Shown here in pieces: positions 1-8,677 of a DNA stretch of 62,281 nucleotides (its first letter is position 1; every line of letters begins with the position of its first letter). Source of the DNA: a virus (lineage: Duplodnaviria; Caudoviricetes); IMG/VR virus record IMGVR_UViG_3300044627_002262, positions 1-62,281 of that record; one strand, written 5' to 3'. The translations under genes and the position numbers were made by a program. The notes below the pieces were generated by a model, which saw nothing but the letters and a program-made list of their open reading frames with translations, made no database searches and was not told the DNA's origin.

Positions 1-188
1 AGCTGCACGAAATAGACTATGCGATATAGGCTTGCCGCTGTAGCTCTCAGCCCACAAATTTAGATTCTCGATCAGGTCTTTAATTATTACAGACTCTAGT
101 GTATCACTCATTTCGCTCCCTCCTTGATCTGGTCGAGTTCGGCACTGAGGATACCTTTTGCATACGAATGTTCGCCGTATATTTCTGG
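1..188. repeat. Terminal direct repeat, left copy (circular assembly overlap)
   Basis: 1-188 matches 62094-62281; first 127 bp identical, mismatches only at 128, 129 and 132. Confidence 0.95.
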
Positions 189-563
189 GGGGATTAATTT
201 AATCGCCCTCTCCGCGATGTCTCGCAGCTTGGCGTTTTGCTTCCGCACCTCGTCGCGCTCTTGCTTGTACCTACCGCACATTGCTGACCATTCGTTACGC
301 TCGCGTTCCAGTCTTGCCAGTTCCTCGGTTGTGCGCAGTTCAAGCCCAGACAATCTGTCCGCAAGTTGTGCTGCATCTGCCCTCGCCTCGTCGCGCTCGC
401 GTTCCAGTCTGCGGGAAAATTCCAAATCAACGCACGGCACTTGGTAGCCGTAATCATTTACTGCATAGATGATTGGTTGGTCATCCGTCTCTGGTGTGTT
501 TGATGGCGATGAGAAAAATCCCGCTACTGAATTTTCAGTGCCTTTGATTATTTTAATTTTCAT
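108..563 (-). CDS. Hypothetical coiled-coil protein with ERDEAR-type repeats
   Basis: 151-aa ORF with ERERDEAR / ERERNEW / QERDEVR; related to the neighbouring 61578-62204 gene across the circular junction. Confidence 0.75.
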   Translation of the reverse strand: MKIKIIKGTENSVAGFFSSPSNTPETDDQPIIYAVNDYGYQVPCVDLEFSRRLERERDEARADAAQLADRLSGLELRTTEELARLERERNEWSAMCGRYKQERDEVRKQNAKLRDIAERAIKLIPPEIYGEHSYAKGILSAELDQIKEGAK

Positions 564-871
564 ATCAATTCTTGTTGTAATTCTTCATTTTGTTTTTTAG
601 TTTGTTTTTGATTTAGCCTCCACTGTTTTGTTTGCCATTTGAGAACATCCTCTCGGATTAATTCATCTGTCATGGGATTATATATATATTTGAATCCGTT
701 GAAATTGATAGCTCCGTAGTATCTTGCGATTGACAATTGAGTCATCGACACATTGGTGACTCCGTAGGGTGAATCACGATGCAGTGGGCAATCATCGAGA
801 TCGGCAAGGATGCTTTGTTTTTTCGGTGTATCTTGCGCCTCGGAGGCAGTGTTTGGTTGTTTATCGTCCAT
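560..871 (-). CDS. Hypothetical protein
   Basis: 103-aa ORF with ATGA-type overlap with the downstream gene. Confidence 0.65.
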   Translation of the reverse strand: MDDKQPNTASEAQDTPKKQSILADLDDCPLHRDSPYGVTNVSMTQLSIARYYGAINFNGFKYIYNPMTDELIREDVLKWQTKQWRLNQKQTKKQNEELQQELI

Positions 872-1064
872 GATGTGCAGTTTTTTTGTTTATCTTGCGT
901 GAGAACCAGTTTGGGAAGTGACCAAAGTCGCGAGGTTCAGTCACATTGTTATTTTCGCCGCATACATCGCACTTGCCGTAATGCCATGTCGCTATGCGCG
1001 GAGAACGCTTGCCATGCTTTGCACCGCATTCCCAGCAAGTCCATGAAGGGTAGTCTTTGTCCAT
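861..1064 (-). CDS. Small zinc-ribbon protein
   Basis: Start reassigned to MDKDYPSW (ATG at 1064); CWEC and CDVC pairs. Confidence 0.65.
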   Translation of the reverse strand: MDKDYPSWTCWECGAKHGKRSPRIATWHYGKCDVCGENNNVTEPRDFGHFPNWFSRKINKKTAHHGR

Positions 1065-1065
1065 A

Positions 1066-1290
1066 TTAGTCGCTCCAGCAGTCAAATGACCCGTCATAGG
1101 TGTATGGTGATTTGCTTGTCTCGCCGAATGTGAAGGACTGCCCACCGAATCCATGCAGTCCTGCCAGTTCAGCTACAATCTTTTTGTTAAGAGGTTGTGC
1201 TGAAGTGATCGTAAAATCCCCCCAGTCATGGGTTCCTCTGTCGTTTGATTTGATCTCACCAGTGATGGTGATCGTGTTATTTATTTTCAT
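1066..1290 (-). CDS. Hypothetical protein
   Basis: 74-aa ORF packed 1 nt from each neighbour. Confidence 0.6.
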   Translation of the reverse strand: MKINNTITITGEIKSNDRGTHDWGDFTITSAQPLNKKIVAELAGLHGFGGQSFTFGETSKSPYTYDGSFDCWSD

Positions 1291-1291
1291 T

Positions 1292-1987
1292 TTATTTATC
1301 TTTTACTATTGTACTGAAGTCCTTAATTCTTCTCATAATTGCACTGCCTCGGTCTTCTGAAAGCATTGCAACGATTTGGTTCCCGCTTGAGTTTGAAGTG
1401 ACGATTGTCGGGAGCAGGTTTTGTGTCCTGTTCTCCAATAGGTCAAATAACTCTAACTCTGCTCGTTCTGTCATTTTTTGTTTTCCGAGGTCATCGAGTA
1501 GAAGCAGTTTGATTCGGCGGCATTTGTCCATTGCCTCCTCGGCTAATGCTCTCTGTTTTGACTCGGAGTGCCACTGCTCGCCAGCAAATCGGGAGAATTC
1601 AGTGCAGGTTAATCCGTAGACTGAAGTGCCTGCAAAGTGTTCTCTGCGAAGAAGCCACCATGCTGCACGGGTCTTGCCAGTCCCCGGCGTTCCTTGCATG
1701 AACAATCCAGTTGGTGAGTATTGCCATGCTTGGACTGCATCGCTGAATGCCCCGTGGATGCGTTTTAAATCGCTTTCCCGATACAGAGGTGGGCAGATTG
1801 ATTCAAACGCGCAGGAAAGGCGATTCTGGCGATTTGCGGCGGCATCTGCATCTGCCTTCATCTCCTGTTTTGTGGCACAGTCATCGCAGATGACCGATAG
1901 GTTGAGCTTTCTGCCTGCAACAACCAGTTCAGGGATGGTCATTGCTTCAAAGCAAATGGCGCATGAATGTATTTCAAGTGTTGTCAT
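1292..1987 (-). CDS. DnaC/IstB-like AAA+ ATPase (helicase loader)
   Basis: Walker A GTPGTGKT, Walker B LLLLDDLG, TIVTSN, RRI arginine finger, N-terminal CxxC..CxxC; follows the initiator; start reassigned to MTTLEIH. Confidence 0.88.
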   Translation of the reverse strand: MTTLEIHSCAICFEAMTIPELVVAGRKLNLSVICDDCATKQEMKADADAAANRQNRLSCAFESICPPLYRESDLKRIHGAFSDAVQAWQYSPTGLFMQGTPGTGKTRAAWWLLRREHFAGTSVYGLTCTEFSRFAGEQWHSESKQRALAEEAMDKCRRIKLLLLDDLGKQKMTERAELELFDLLENRTQNLLPTIVTSNSSGNQIVAMLSEDRGSAIMRRIKDFSTIVKDK

Positions 1988-1991
1988 ATGT

Positions 1992-2717
1992 TTAGTCCCA
2001 TCCCCATTCGCTCTTAACTTCAGGTTTGGAAGGAAGCGTGACAGGAACAACCCGATTCAGCCAACCAATGATGAACTTGCGAGTCATGTCTCGTTTGTTG
2101 TTTTCGCACCATGCCTGCATCTTGCCGAGTTCGGAATCAAGGTTGATGTCAGGGTAGTGCCGCTTGAGGTCTGCAAGCCATTCGGAATCGACTTGTTTTT
2201 GCTCACGCTTCTTCCTTGGCTTTTCAACCTCGTCATTTTTTTCTGCGTCACTGTTACTTAATATAGCGTTAGCTATATTAATAGAAGATGAAGATGAAGA
2301 TGTAATGTTGCCCAATGGTTGCAAGGGTGGTTGCAAGGGTGGTTGCGCCACCCTTGACTTGCGTAACTCGGCAGATTTCTTTCCGCCTTCGCTCGATTTC
2401 TCCTTCCATTTGAATTGTTTGCTACGCTCTTCCTCCAAACGCTCATGAACAAGAATTGTGCCTCCGCTCAAGGGTGCTACCAAGGGTGGTTGCAAGGGTG
2501 GTTGGAACATGGTTAGTACCCTGCTTGCAAGGGTGGTTGAAGCACCCTTGCCTATGAGTCGTGCAACTGCTTCAGGATCAGCAGGTACAGAACCATGCTG
2601 CCAGCAGTATGCCAGCAAACGGATGTATGCGCCTTCCTCCTCCAGAGTCATCAGAGAGACTCGCTGGCTACCCAACCAATCGCTGGGGTAGAATTGAAAT
2701 GCTGGTGATTTATTCAT
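1992..2717 (-). CDS. Phage replication initiator (DUF1376/YdaU-like, lambda O-type organisation)
   Basis: N-terminus PAFQFYPSDWL..MTLEEEGAYIRLL, GGKKSA motif, internal iterons, adjacent to DnaC-like gene. Confidence 0.85.
   Translation of the reverse strand: MNKSPAFQFYPSDWLGSQRVSLMTLEEEGAYIRLLAYCWQHGSVPADPEAVARLIGKGASTTLASRVLTMFQPPLQPPLVAPLSGGTILVHERLEEERSKQFKWKEKSSEGGKKSAELRKSRVAQPPLQPPLQPLGNITSSSSSSINIANAILSNSDAEKNDEVEKPRKKREQKQVDSEWLADLKRHYPDINLDSELGKMQAWCENNKRDMTRKFIIGWLNRVVPVTLPSKPEVKSEWGWD
2258..2550. repeat. Putative replication origin: 12-bp iterons plus AT-rich inverted repeat
   Basis: CAAGGGTGGTTG at 2322, 2334, 2481, 2493, 2528; variant at 2469; inverted partial copies at 2346 and 2540; TTAATATAGC-GTTA-GCTATATTAA at 2258-2281. 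Confidence 0.8.
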
Positions 2718-3720
2718 GTATTCCCAAAAAGTTTTTTATCCCAGAGATCACTGATTTTTTCTCTGCAATAATAATGTCGTGCAATTTTCGTTGTGAAGAA
2801 ATTATTTCTTCATGGTTTAACGAATCGATGTATTCATTAAGATTCTGCTTGAAGCAATCTTCAGGGAGGATTGCTTTCGAGTTTAAAGTATATCCACTTT
2901 TATTTATGGTTTGAATTGTATTCGGAGCAAACAGGCATCCAACATCGCACATTAGTGCTTCGTAAAACCTATTCGCCATGAATGCAAAGTTATCGTGAGT
3001 ATGCTTGTCCTCGATGTACAAACTGTATTTATAATTGCGAAGTGATTCTCTTCCAATCTCCCAACTTAATGTATTTGTGCATTTAGAAGTGCATCCAAGA
3101 TCAAGCAACTTCTTCCAGTGCTTGCTGCTGGTCGAAACAGTTAATCCAGAGTGCAAATATTTTTGGAAATCATCAGACCTGTGCTTTCTGTATGTTCCAT
3201 AATATATTATACGCTCTTTTTCGTTTTCTATCATGTCTTTCTTAACTTCAATATCATTCCTGAAAATAAGGCAGTTTAAATTGCAGGTATGCCATTTATC
3301 GATAAAGTTGTTCAGTTTTTTATCAGCAATGTTCTTGCTCAAAATCCAATGTCTGTATCCTGACCTTGGGTTATTGCATATCATGTCGTAACTTCTATGC
3401 TTCTCTGTAATCGCATATCTCAACAACTGGTTGTCCTCAAGATCGTGATCGTTTACCAACCAAACCAACCTTGCATCAGGATTATTATCAATGAACTGCC
3501 TGTATAACTTGTGCGGCATATATGGAGATGCGTAGCAGCAAATTATAACATCATATTTATTCGCTATTAATTTATAGAATGCATATTCTCCATCACATAA
3601 ATCTGCATTCAATTCATTTTTAAGTATTATAGAATTTCTGCAATGCACGATTGATGTATCCGAATAGTTTTCGCACAAAGGTTTTGATTTAGAGGTAGCT
3701 TCAATAATTAGAATTTTCAT
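2710..3720 (-). CDS. GT-B glycosyltransferase resembling T4 DNA beta-glucosyltransferase
   Basis: IIYYGTYRKHR and SLYIEDKHTHDNF..NRFYEALMCD resemble recalled T4 BGT motifs; visibly AT-rich; start reassigned to MKILIIE. Confidence 0.6.
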   Translation of the reverse strand: MKILIIEATSKSKPLCENYSDTSIVHCRNSIILKNELNADLCDGEYAFYKLIANKYDVIICCYASPYMPHKLYRQFIDNNPDARLVWLVNDHDLEDNQLLRYAITEKHRSYDMICNNPRSGYRHWILSKNIADKKLNNFIDKWHTCNLNCLIFRNDIEVKKDMIENEKERIIYYGTYRKHRSDDFQKYLHSGLTVSTSSKHWKKLLDLGCTSKCTNTLSWEIGRESLRNYKYSLYIEDKHTHDNFAFMANRFYEALMCDVGCLFAPNTIQTINKSGYTLNSKAILPEDCFKQNLNEYIDSLNHEEIISSQRKLHDIIIAEKKSVISGIKNFLGIHE

Positions 3721-4045
3721 CAGCAACACTCTTCTTGGTTTGAAATATGCCTTCCAAATCATTCTCCTGCTCCATGATCAGGCGAGCATAGCAAGCCCGA
3801 AAATCATTGGAGAGTTTGTATGGTTCTTCCGAATTGGTAGCCATGTAGTAATTCCAACGCAGTACTTCGTAGAGCATGGCAATGCCAAGTTTTGCGTCTG
3901 GTTGACGCTGGCGAAACTGCCTCGCCAACACAACCAGTGAGTCGTACACCTGTGGATTCCCAGCATGGAATCTGGCAAACCTCGCAGGGATGGAATCGTC
4001 CTCTACCTCTGGAAGGTCGAAGTCGATTTCGAGTTGATCTATCAT
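3701..4045 (-). CDS. Conserved phage hypothetical protein
   Basis: 114 aa, RFARFHAGNPQVY..EVLRW..YKLSNDFRACYARL pattern; A-rich leader. Confidence 0.7.
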   Translation of the reverse strand: MIDQLEIDFDLPEVEDDSIPARFARFHAGNPQVYDSLVVLARQFRQRQPDAKLGIAMLYEVLRWNYYMATNSEEPYKLSNDFRACYARLIMEQENDLEGIFQTKKSVADENSNY

Positions 4046-4069
4046 ATATATATTTATTTATTGCTCTGC

Positions 4070-5071
4070 CTATTTCTTCGACTCTGTGAGTCGAGCGTTG
4101 TTTTTAGTGTAGATTGCCTGCTCTGCCTGCGGGAAGTATCCGCGAGGTTCTGCCCACTCGCGTAGAGTCTCTCCTTTAATGTCATCGCCAATGAGTCTGG
4201 CGATTTCGAGGTAGGTAGCCTGTGTAGCTTGTGCTGCCTCGGCAACGACAGCAATCGGGAATGTCTCGCTATCCTTCACCTTGATCATGCGGAACCCGTT
4301 CACGGGAGTTCCTGCCTCAAGCTGACGCTTTGCCTCGTCCTTTGCCCAGTCCCATAGTTCCTTCTTGAAAACATTAGCCTTCTTCAAGAATGCTCCAAGT
4401 CTGGCAGGGTCTGCCGACAACTCGGCCTTGATGGTATCAATTGATACCTCCTGCGACACGATTGCCTGCGTCTCGGTGACTGGGCCTACGACCTCAACAC
4501 AAGTCGAGCGATTTTTACACCACCCGCAGTACTGGCAACTCTCTGGCTTTTTGTTCGGGTCGGTAGCTTTTGCCAAAATTCGTTCAACGATTGCCTTTGC
4601 TTCCAGAAGGGTGAAGTGATGGGTAACCACTGTCCTCTGGTCAGTGAATAGCAGGTGGAATGTCCACTCGTCTGCGAATTCGCGTTCCATGTTCCCGTAG
4701 GAGTATGCTGCCGCCTGCGCCTCGTAATCGTATATCTGCCCTGTCTTGAAATCGAACGAAGTGCAAATCCGAGATGCTCTGGCATCCTCGGTTCCTTCAT
4801 GCGTCATGCCCGGCGTTACGACCTTGAGCTTGGCTTCGTCGGTCTCGACATTCGCTCCATTGGCGAGTCGCAGGAGTTCCTCAACCCCCCAGAGTGCGGC
4901 ATCAATGTCCCGTTGTTCTGTCAGGTCATTGATTGCCGATTTATCTCCAGCGAGCATCCTGCGTTGCACCCCGTCAATTTTGATCCCCCTGCCTGCCGCA
5001 GGGTTTTTACCCCCTGCGGACTCGAAACAAGGACAAGCATCGAGCTTTGGTAGCGATGAGTGCCTGATCAC
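4070..5071 (-). CDS. PD-(D/E)XK / Cas4-like exonuclease
   Basis: GTED..DFKTG..Q..AY nuclease motifs; N-terminal CP and C-terminal CQYCGWC..C; paired with annealase. Confidence 0.8.
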   Translation of the reverse strand: MIRHSSLPKLDACPCFESAGGKNPAAGRGIKIDGVQRRMLAGDKSAINDLTEQRDIDAALWGVEELLRLANGANVETDEAKLKVVTPGMTHEGTEDARASRICTSFDFKTGQIYDYEAQAAAYSYGNMEREFADEWTFHLLFTDQRTVVTHHFTLLEAKAIVERILAKATDPNKKPESCQYCGWCKNRSTCVEVVGPVTETQAIVSQEVSIDTIKAELSADPARLGAFLKKANVFKKELWDWAKDEAKRQLEAGTPVNGFRMIKVKDSETFPIAVVAEAAQATQATYLEIARLIGDDIKGETLREWAEPRGYFPQAEQAIYTKNNARLTESKK

Positions 5072-5886
5072 TTGATTGCCTCCAGTGCTGCGCCAACGAA
5101 CTTCTCTGGCGTTGCCTTGATGCGAGTGAGAAGGTCTCCCTCTTCAAGGTCGCGCCATGTCTGTCCCTCGGCAATCTTCGACTTTTCGATCAAGAATGCA
5201 TTTACTGCCGCCTCGTTTGCCGATAGCAGACCCTGCCAGTCTGTGTCCTCGACAACCTCTGCTACCTCGGCTGGAGTCGGTACTACCTCGACCACTGCCT
5301 CGACTACCTCGGTTGTCTCGACCAGTGCTGGTGCTGGTTCCGATTTCTTACGCTTTGGCTTGTCCTCTGCTGGAGTCGCAACAACTGCAACAGGTGCTGA
5401 TGGAGCGAAGTCCTGAACTTCTTCGGGAGTATAAAATCCCTGCAATACTGCTGGGTATACGCCGCGCACTCCGTCAGAGATAACACGGGCGCGGAGCATC
5501 TGCCTTGGGTATTTTTTCCAGTTATCTTTACCACCAAGACCTGCCGCTTTAGCGCGATTCATGTCCCAGTCCACCTTGAGACTGCCGCCAGAAGGGTGGG
5601 AGAATGTACCGCTGACGCATTCGTCGGTGTACTCATGCCATTCCACCTTGCCATTGGCCGACTGGAAGCGAGCGAGGATTGCGTCTGCCTTCAAAGCTGG
5701 GCGACCCTGAATAATATGGTACTCGCTGGCTACAGTGCCGGGGTGACGACCCTCTGCCTGCGCGATAATCATTAGACTGACTGCCTCTTCGATCTTGCGG
5801 ATACCGAAAAGACCTGATTTGACGAAGTGGTTTGCCATGATTTCCAGTTCGGAAATCGGTTGCTGGGATTGTACTGCGAGTTGCAT
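5068..5886 (-). CDS. RecT/Red-beta-like single-strand annealing protein
   Basis: HIIQGRP, NWKKYPRQMLRAR, GFYTPEE motifs and acidic tail. Confidence 0.8.
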   Translation of the reverse strand: MQLAVQSQQPISELEIMANHFVKSGLFGIRKIEEAVSLMIIAQAEGRHPGTVASEYHIIQGRPALKADAILARFQSANGKVEWHEYTDECVSGTFSHPSGGSLKVDWDMNRAKAAGLGGKDNWKKYPRQMLRARVISDGVRGVYPAVLQGFYTPEEVQDFAPSAPVAVVATPAEDKPKRKKSEPAPALVETTEVVEAVVEVVPTPAEVAEVVEDTDWQGLLSANEAAVNAFLIEKSKIAEGQTWRDLEEGDLLTRIKATPEKFVGAALEAIK

Positions 5887-6033
5887 TTATTTATTTTTTC
5901 TATTTTGGTTGGTTTGTTTTGGTGGATAGACAGTGCTGCGAAACTTCGGAGCAATGTCTGGTAGTCTGCGAATGATTCGCAGGTATGCTTCTGGAGGGAG
6001 ACAGGTCTGGTGGTTGCGTTCGGTTGCGCTCAC
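5887..6033 (-). CDS. Small hypothetical protein, 48 aa (not in ORF track)
   Basis: GTG start overlaps the upstream stop; its stop abuts the RecT-like ATG; MSATERNHQTCLPPEAYLRIIRRL... Confidence 0.55.
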   Translation of the reverse strand: MSATERNHQTCLPPEAYLRIIRRLPDIAPKFRSTVYPPKQTNQNRKNK

Positions 6034-6152
6034 TTGTTCCCTCCTATGGTAAGGAGGGTGGTGAGTATCAGTAGAAGTCCTACTGGGCCGAAAATTTTGA
6101 CTGCCTCCCAGCAGTGCTGGAGCGTTACAGTCAGGGGAATTTCAATGTTCAT
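6030..6152 (-). CDS. Small membrane peptide, 40 aa (not in ORF track)
   Basis: MNIEIPLTVTLQHCWEAVKIFGPVGLLLILTTLLTIGGNK; ATG 7 nt after a -10 box. Confidence 0.55.
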   Translation of the reverse strand: MNIEIPLTVTLQHCWEAVKIFGPVGLLLILTTLLTIGGNK

Positions 6153-6159
6153 ATTGGTC

Positions 6160-6188
6160 AATATCGAGCAGGTTGGGTTTTGCGTCAA
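6160..6188 (-). promoter_or_regulatory. Sigma70-like promoter with AACCCAA box (copy 1)
   Basis: TTGACG-17 nt-GATATT; spacer holds AACCCAACCTG; A-tract upstream. Confidence 0.65.
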
Positions 6189-6197
6189 TAATATTTT

Positions 6198-6446
6198 TTA
6201 TAGCCACTCGTTGGTCGCCAGACCCTGTGCCAATGCCCATCTGGTGAGGTCTGCCGTGTTTCTGAATCCGTATTTTTTGTGCAAGTGATCGCGATGTTTT
6301 TCGACAGTCTTGATGCTGATACCGAGACCAGCACCTACCTCTGCATTGGTGAATCCGCTGGCGATTAAGCCTGCAACTTCGCGTTCCCGTGGAGATGCTG
6401 GATTGTGATTTTCTGGAGCGAATAATTTTTGAATGAGATTTTTCAT
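6198..6446 (-). CDS. LuxR-family HTH transcriptional regulator (stand-alone)
   Basis: SPREREVAGLIASGFTNAEVGAGLGISIKTVEKHR; start reassigned to MKNLIQK (ATGA overlap). Confidence 0.9.
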   Translation of the reverse strand: MKNLIQKLFAPENHNPASPREREVAGLIASGFTNAEVGAGLGISIKTVEKHRDHLHKKYGFRNTADLTRWALAQGLATNEWL

Positions 6447-6661
6447 TTTGTGATGTTGATTGGAGTTACGATTCCGTTTTTTTGAGACGCGAGTTCCTGT
6501 GCATTTTTTAAATCCTGAACAACGATTTCCTCGCACGGGGCGAGGTGATAAACTCGCCTGAAACGATTCTCTGTTGTCCATGCTTCGTACTCGCAATCTT
6601 TCGTTACAACTGCCCACCCGCTATCGCAGGTTGCGTCTTTGTCGTTGAGTTCTTCATTCAT
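6443..6661 (-). CDS. Hypothetical protein
   Basis: 72-aa ORF whose stop overlaps the LuxR start. Confidence 0.6.
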   Translation of the reverse strand: MNEELNDKDATCDSGWAVVTKDCEYEAWTTENRFRRVYHLAPCEEIVVQDLKNAQELASQKNGIVTPINITK

Positions 6662-6670
6662 GGTGATGGT

Positions 6671-6698
6671 AGAGGCGAGGGATTGCTCCCTCGCCCCT
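6671..6698 (-). other. Strong intergenic hairpin with GCAA tetraloop
   Basis: AGGGGCGAGGGA-GCAA-TCCCTCGCCTCT on the minus strand; no U-tract. Confidence 0.65.
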
Positions 6699-6705
6699 GA
6701 TTTAA

Positions 6706-7491
6706 TCAGTTGAGCAGGTACTGCTCAGTGAGGTTCCAGAGTTGCTTGTTTACCTTTAGGTCTGCTGCTGGAGCGGACAGTTTGCGGATGCCAGAACCGG
6801 GGCGACCTTTGGTCAGGTTCTCCTGAACTCGGTTGAATGTAGCCCATAGGTTGGTTCCACCATCAGCGTAACGCCGCGCACGATTGAGATAGAACAAGCG
6901 GGTCTCCCATTCGCGACGATCAAGGTACTCCCCGTCTGCCTCTGGTTGATCATAGCGGAGTTTGAGCGCATCGATCAGGTACTGCTTCTGCGAAGCGTCT
7001 GTCAGTTCTTTCTGGCGAAACAATTCAACTCGCTCGACCAGTTGTGGCACATTGCTACGGAGTTCGTTTGCTGCCGTGATGAAGTGATTCACATCAGTGT
7101 TGCGGTGGTAGACTTTCAGGGTTTGAAAGATGTCACCTGTGACCAGTCCATTTAGGCAGGCGAAGACTCGCAGACCGAGGGACAGTTGAGCCGAGGAAGT
7201 TCCGTCATGCGAATTTATGAGGACGAATTCTGGAGCGACCTCGCCGCCGATATTGGTGATATCGCGATGCTGGAATTTGATGATGTGTTTTTGGAACCCG
7301 CGATTCTCATCCTTGCGGACTTTGCCGTACTGGATTTGGCGAGGTTCGTATCCAGACTCTCCGAGAGCATTGACGATCTCTTGAGTGCTGATGAATCCGT
7401 AGCGAGTGCTGCGGGTCGGTGCGGCATGGACTGCCGTGATTGGGTTCGTGTTTACGAGTTCAGTTTCGAGTGTTGGGATGATGATGTTCAT
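6706..7491 (-). CDS. DUF932-family protein
   Basis: RSTRYGFIST, FQKH, PEFVLINSHDGTSS, RVFACLNGL, NLWATFNRVQEN, NKQLW. Confidence 0.9.
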   Translation of the reverse strand: MNIIIPTLETELVNTNPITAVHAAPTRSTRYGFISTQEIVNALGESGYEPRQIQYGKVRKDENRGFQKHIIKFQHRDITNIGGEVAPEFVLINSHDGTSSAQLSLGLRVFACLNGLVTGDIFQTLKVYHRNTDVNHFITAANELRSNVPQLVERVELFRQKELTDASQKQYLIDALKLRYDQPEADGEYLDRREWETRLFYLNRARRYADGGTNLWATFNRVQENLTKGRPGSGIRKLSAPAADLKVNKQLWNLTEQYLLN

Positions 7492-7540
7492 TGTATTGGT
7501 TTTCTATGTTGATTGTTTGTTGTTCTGGGAGGAACAGTGG

Positions 7541-7879
7541 TTAGGAGTTGCGATGTTTGAAGAACGAGCAAAGCGCATCCTTCGCAAAAGCCTCATGGCG
7601 ATCTCTGATATCGTTGTGGTGAATCACCTCGATCTCGAAAGGGAGAGATGAACGGAGTTGAGCAGCACCCTTGGTAGCCACTTCTTCTGTCCAGTAGGAC
7701 ACGCCGCGATTCCAACTGCCAGAGAAGTTGAATCCCTTACCTTGCCGACTGATTGTCGAGATTCCACCTTTGACTGCAATTGTGTGACCTTGACCGAGGA
7801 GGCAGGAAACAGACTTGTTGTTTTTGATTTCGCGAAGATCGCGAATCAGGGTTTTGATGTATGAGCGGATATTTTTCAC
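7541..7879 (-). CDS. Hypothetical early protein
   Basis: 112-aa ORF, GTG start after an A-rich leader, downstream of promoter copy 2. Confidence 0.6.
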   Translation of the reverse strand: MKNIRSYIKTLIRDLREIKNNKSVSCLLGQGHTIAVKGGISTISRQGKGFNFSGSWNRGVSYWTEEVATKGAAQLRSSLPFEIEVIHHNDIRDRHEAFAKDALCSFFKHRNS

Positions 7880-7939
7880 TGTATTTATTTTTTCTATTTA
7901 TTGGTTTGGTTCGTCGGCAGGTTGCCTTCGATGGAGATG

Positions 7940-7968
7940 ACATTACCGAAGCTGGTTGGGTTTGGCAA
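7940..7968 (-). promoter_or_regulatory. Sigma70-like promoter with AACCCAA box (copy 2)
   Basis: TTGCCA-17 nt-TAATGT; spacer holds AACCCAACCAG. Confidence 0.7.
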
Positions 7969-8044
7969 TAAGTATTTTTACTTATTTTTTGTCATAAGAA
8001 AAATATTTCTAAAAAACTATTGACACCCGCAGATGCTGATAAAA

Positions 8045-8194
8045 TCAGGCTCGGCAGGCATCCTTGCGAGGTCTGCCGCCTTTGAGTCCATTCAGAACTG
8101 CTGCCAGTCGTTTTTTTTCTGTGCTGACTGAACCACCTTTTTTGCCGATCTCGGACAGGAATTTCCGCACTGCTGATGGGAGTGTGTCGCTCAC
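8045..8194 (-). CDS. Small basic KGG/AT-hook-like protein, 49 aa (not in ORF track)
   Basis: MSDTLPSAVRKFLSEIGKKGGSVSTEKKRLAAVLNGLKGGRPRKDACRA; GTGA overlap with the upstream gene. Confidence 0.7.
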   Translation of the reverse strand: MSDTLPSAVRKFLSEIGKKGGSVSTEKKRLAAVLNGLKGGRPRKDACRA

Positions 8195-8442
8195 GATTGC
8201 TGCTCCTCCTGCGCCTGTTGTTTTGCGAATGCCTCTGCCTCTGCTTCTGTAGCGTGTTCTGGGTATGCCTCACGCTTCGCGATCTCTTCCAGCAATGCCG
8301 ATCCTACCAGCAATCGAAACGCTAATGCGCGAGTGTTGCTGACGAGGTCTGCGAGAACCTCGGATGCCTTGAGGGTCTTAAAGTCAATTTGTTTCAGCAC
8401 TGCGTCGAGTGCTTCCTGTGTTTTTGTGTCTGTATCAATCAT
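8191..8442 (-). CDS. Hypothetical protein
   Basis: 83-aa ORF overlapping both neighbours. Confidence 0.65.
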   Translation of the reverse strand: MIDTDTKTQEALDAVLKQIDFKTLKASEVLADLVSNTRALAFRLLVGSALLEEIAKREAYPEHATEAEAEAFAKQQAQEEQQS

Positions 8443-8677
8443 ATTTATTTTCTTCTTTGCGCTTCAGCATTGCTTCAGCGTCTTGATATGCGAGGTCTGC
8501 TACTATGTCGGGATGTTCCTCCGAATACTTTTCGGATGCCCGATAACCGATCAATGCCATTGCTGCGAACCAATCACCGATTGCCATCCCCGTGTTCGGA
8601 CGAACGCTGGGGTTCTTGGAATCGCCCGGATATCCCTGAACAGGGAATGCGGGATGGTTGTTGGTATGCTTCGGCAT
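8435..8677 (-). CDS. Conserved phage hypothetical protein
   Basis: PAFP..GMAIGDWFAAMAL..AYQDAEAML pattern common in phage early regions. Confidence 0.75.
   Translation of the reverse strand: MPKHTNNHPAFPVQGYPGDSKNPSVRPNTGMAIGDWFAAMALIGYRASEKYSEEHPDIVADLAYQDAEAMLKRKEENKYD

Noticed and set aside
4070-5071. Cas4 as part of a CRISPR system
   Set aside because: Paired with a RecT-like annealase as an ordinary phage recombination module; no array
8020-8045. Plus-strand promoter TTGACA...TAAAAT
   Set aside because: Spacer is only 14 nt and no credible plus-strand gene follows
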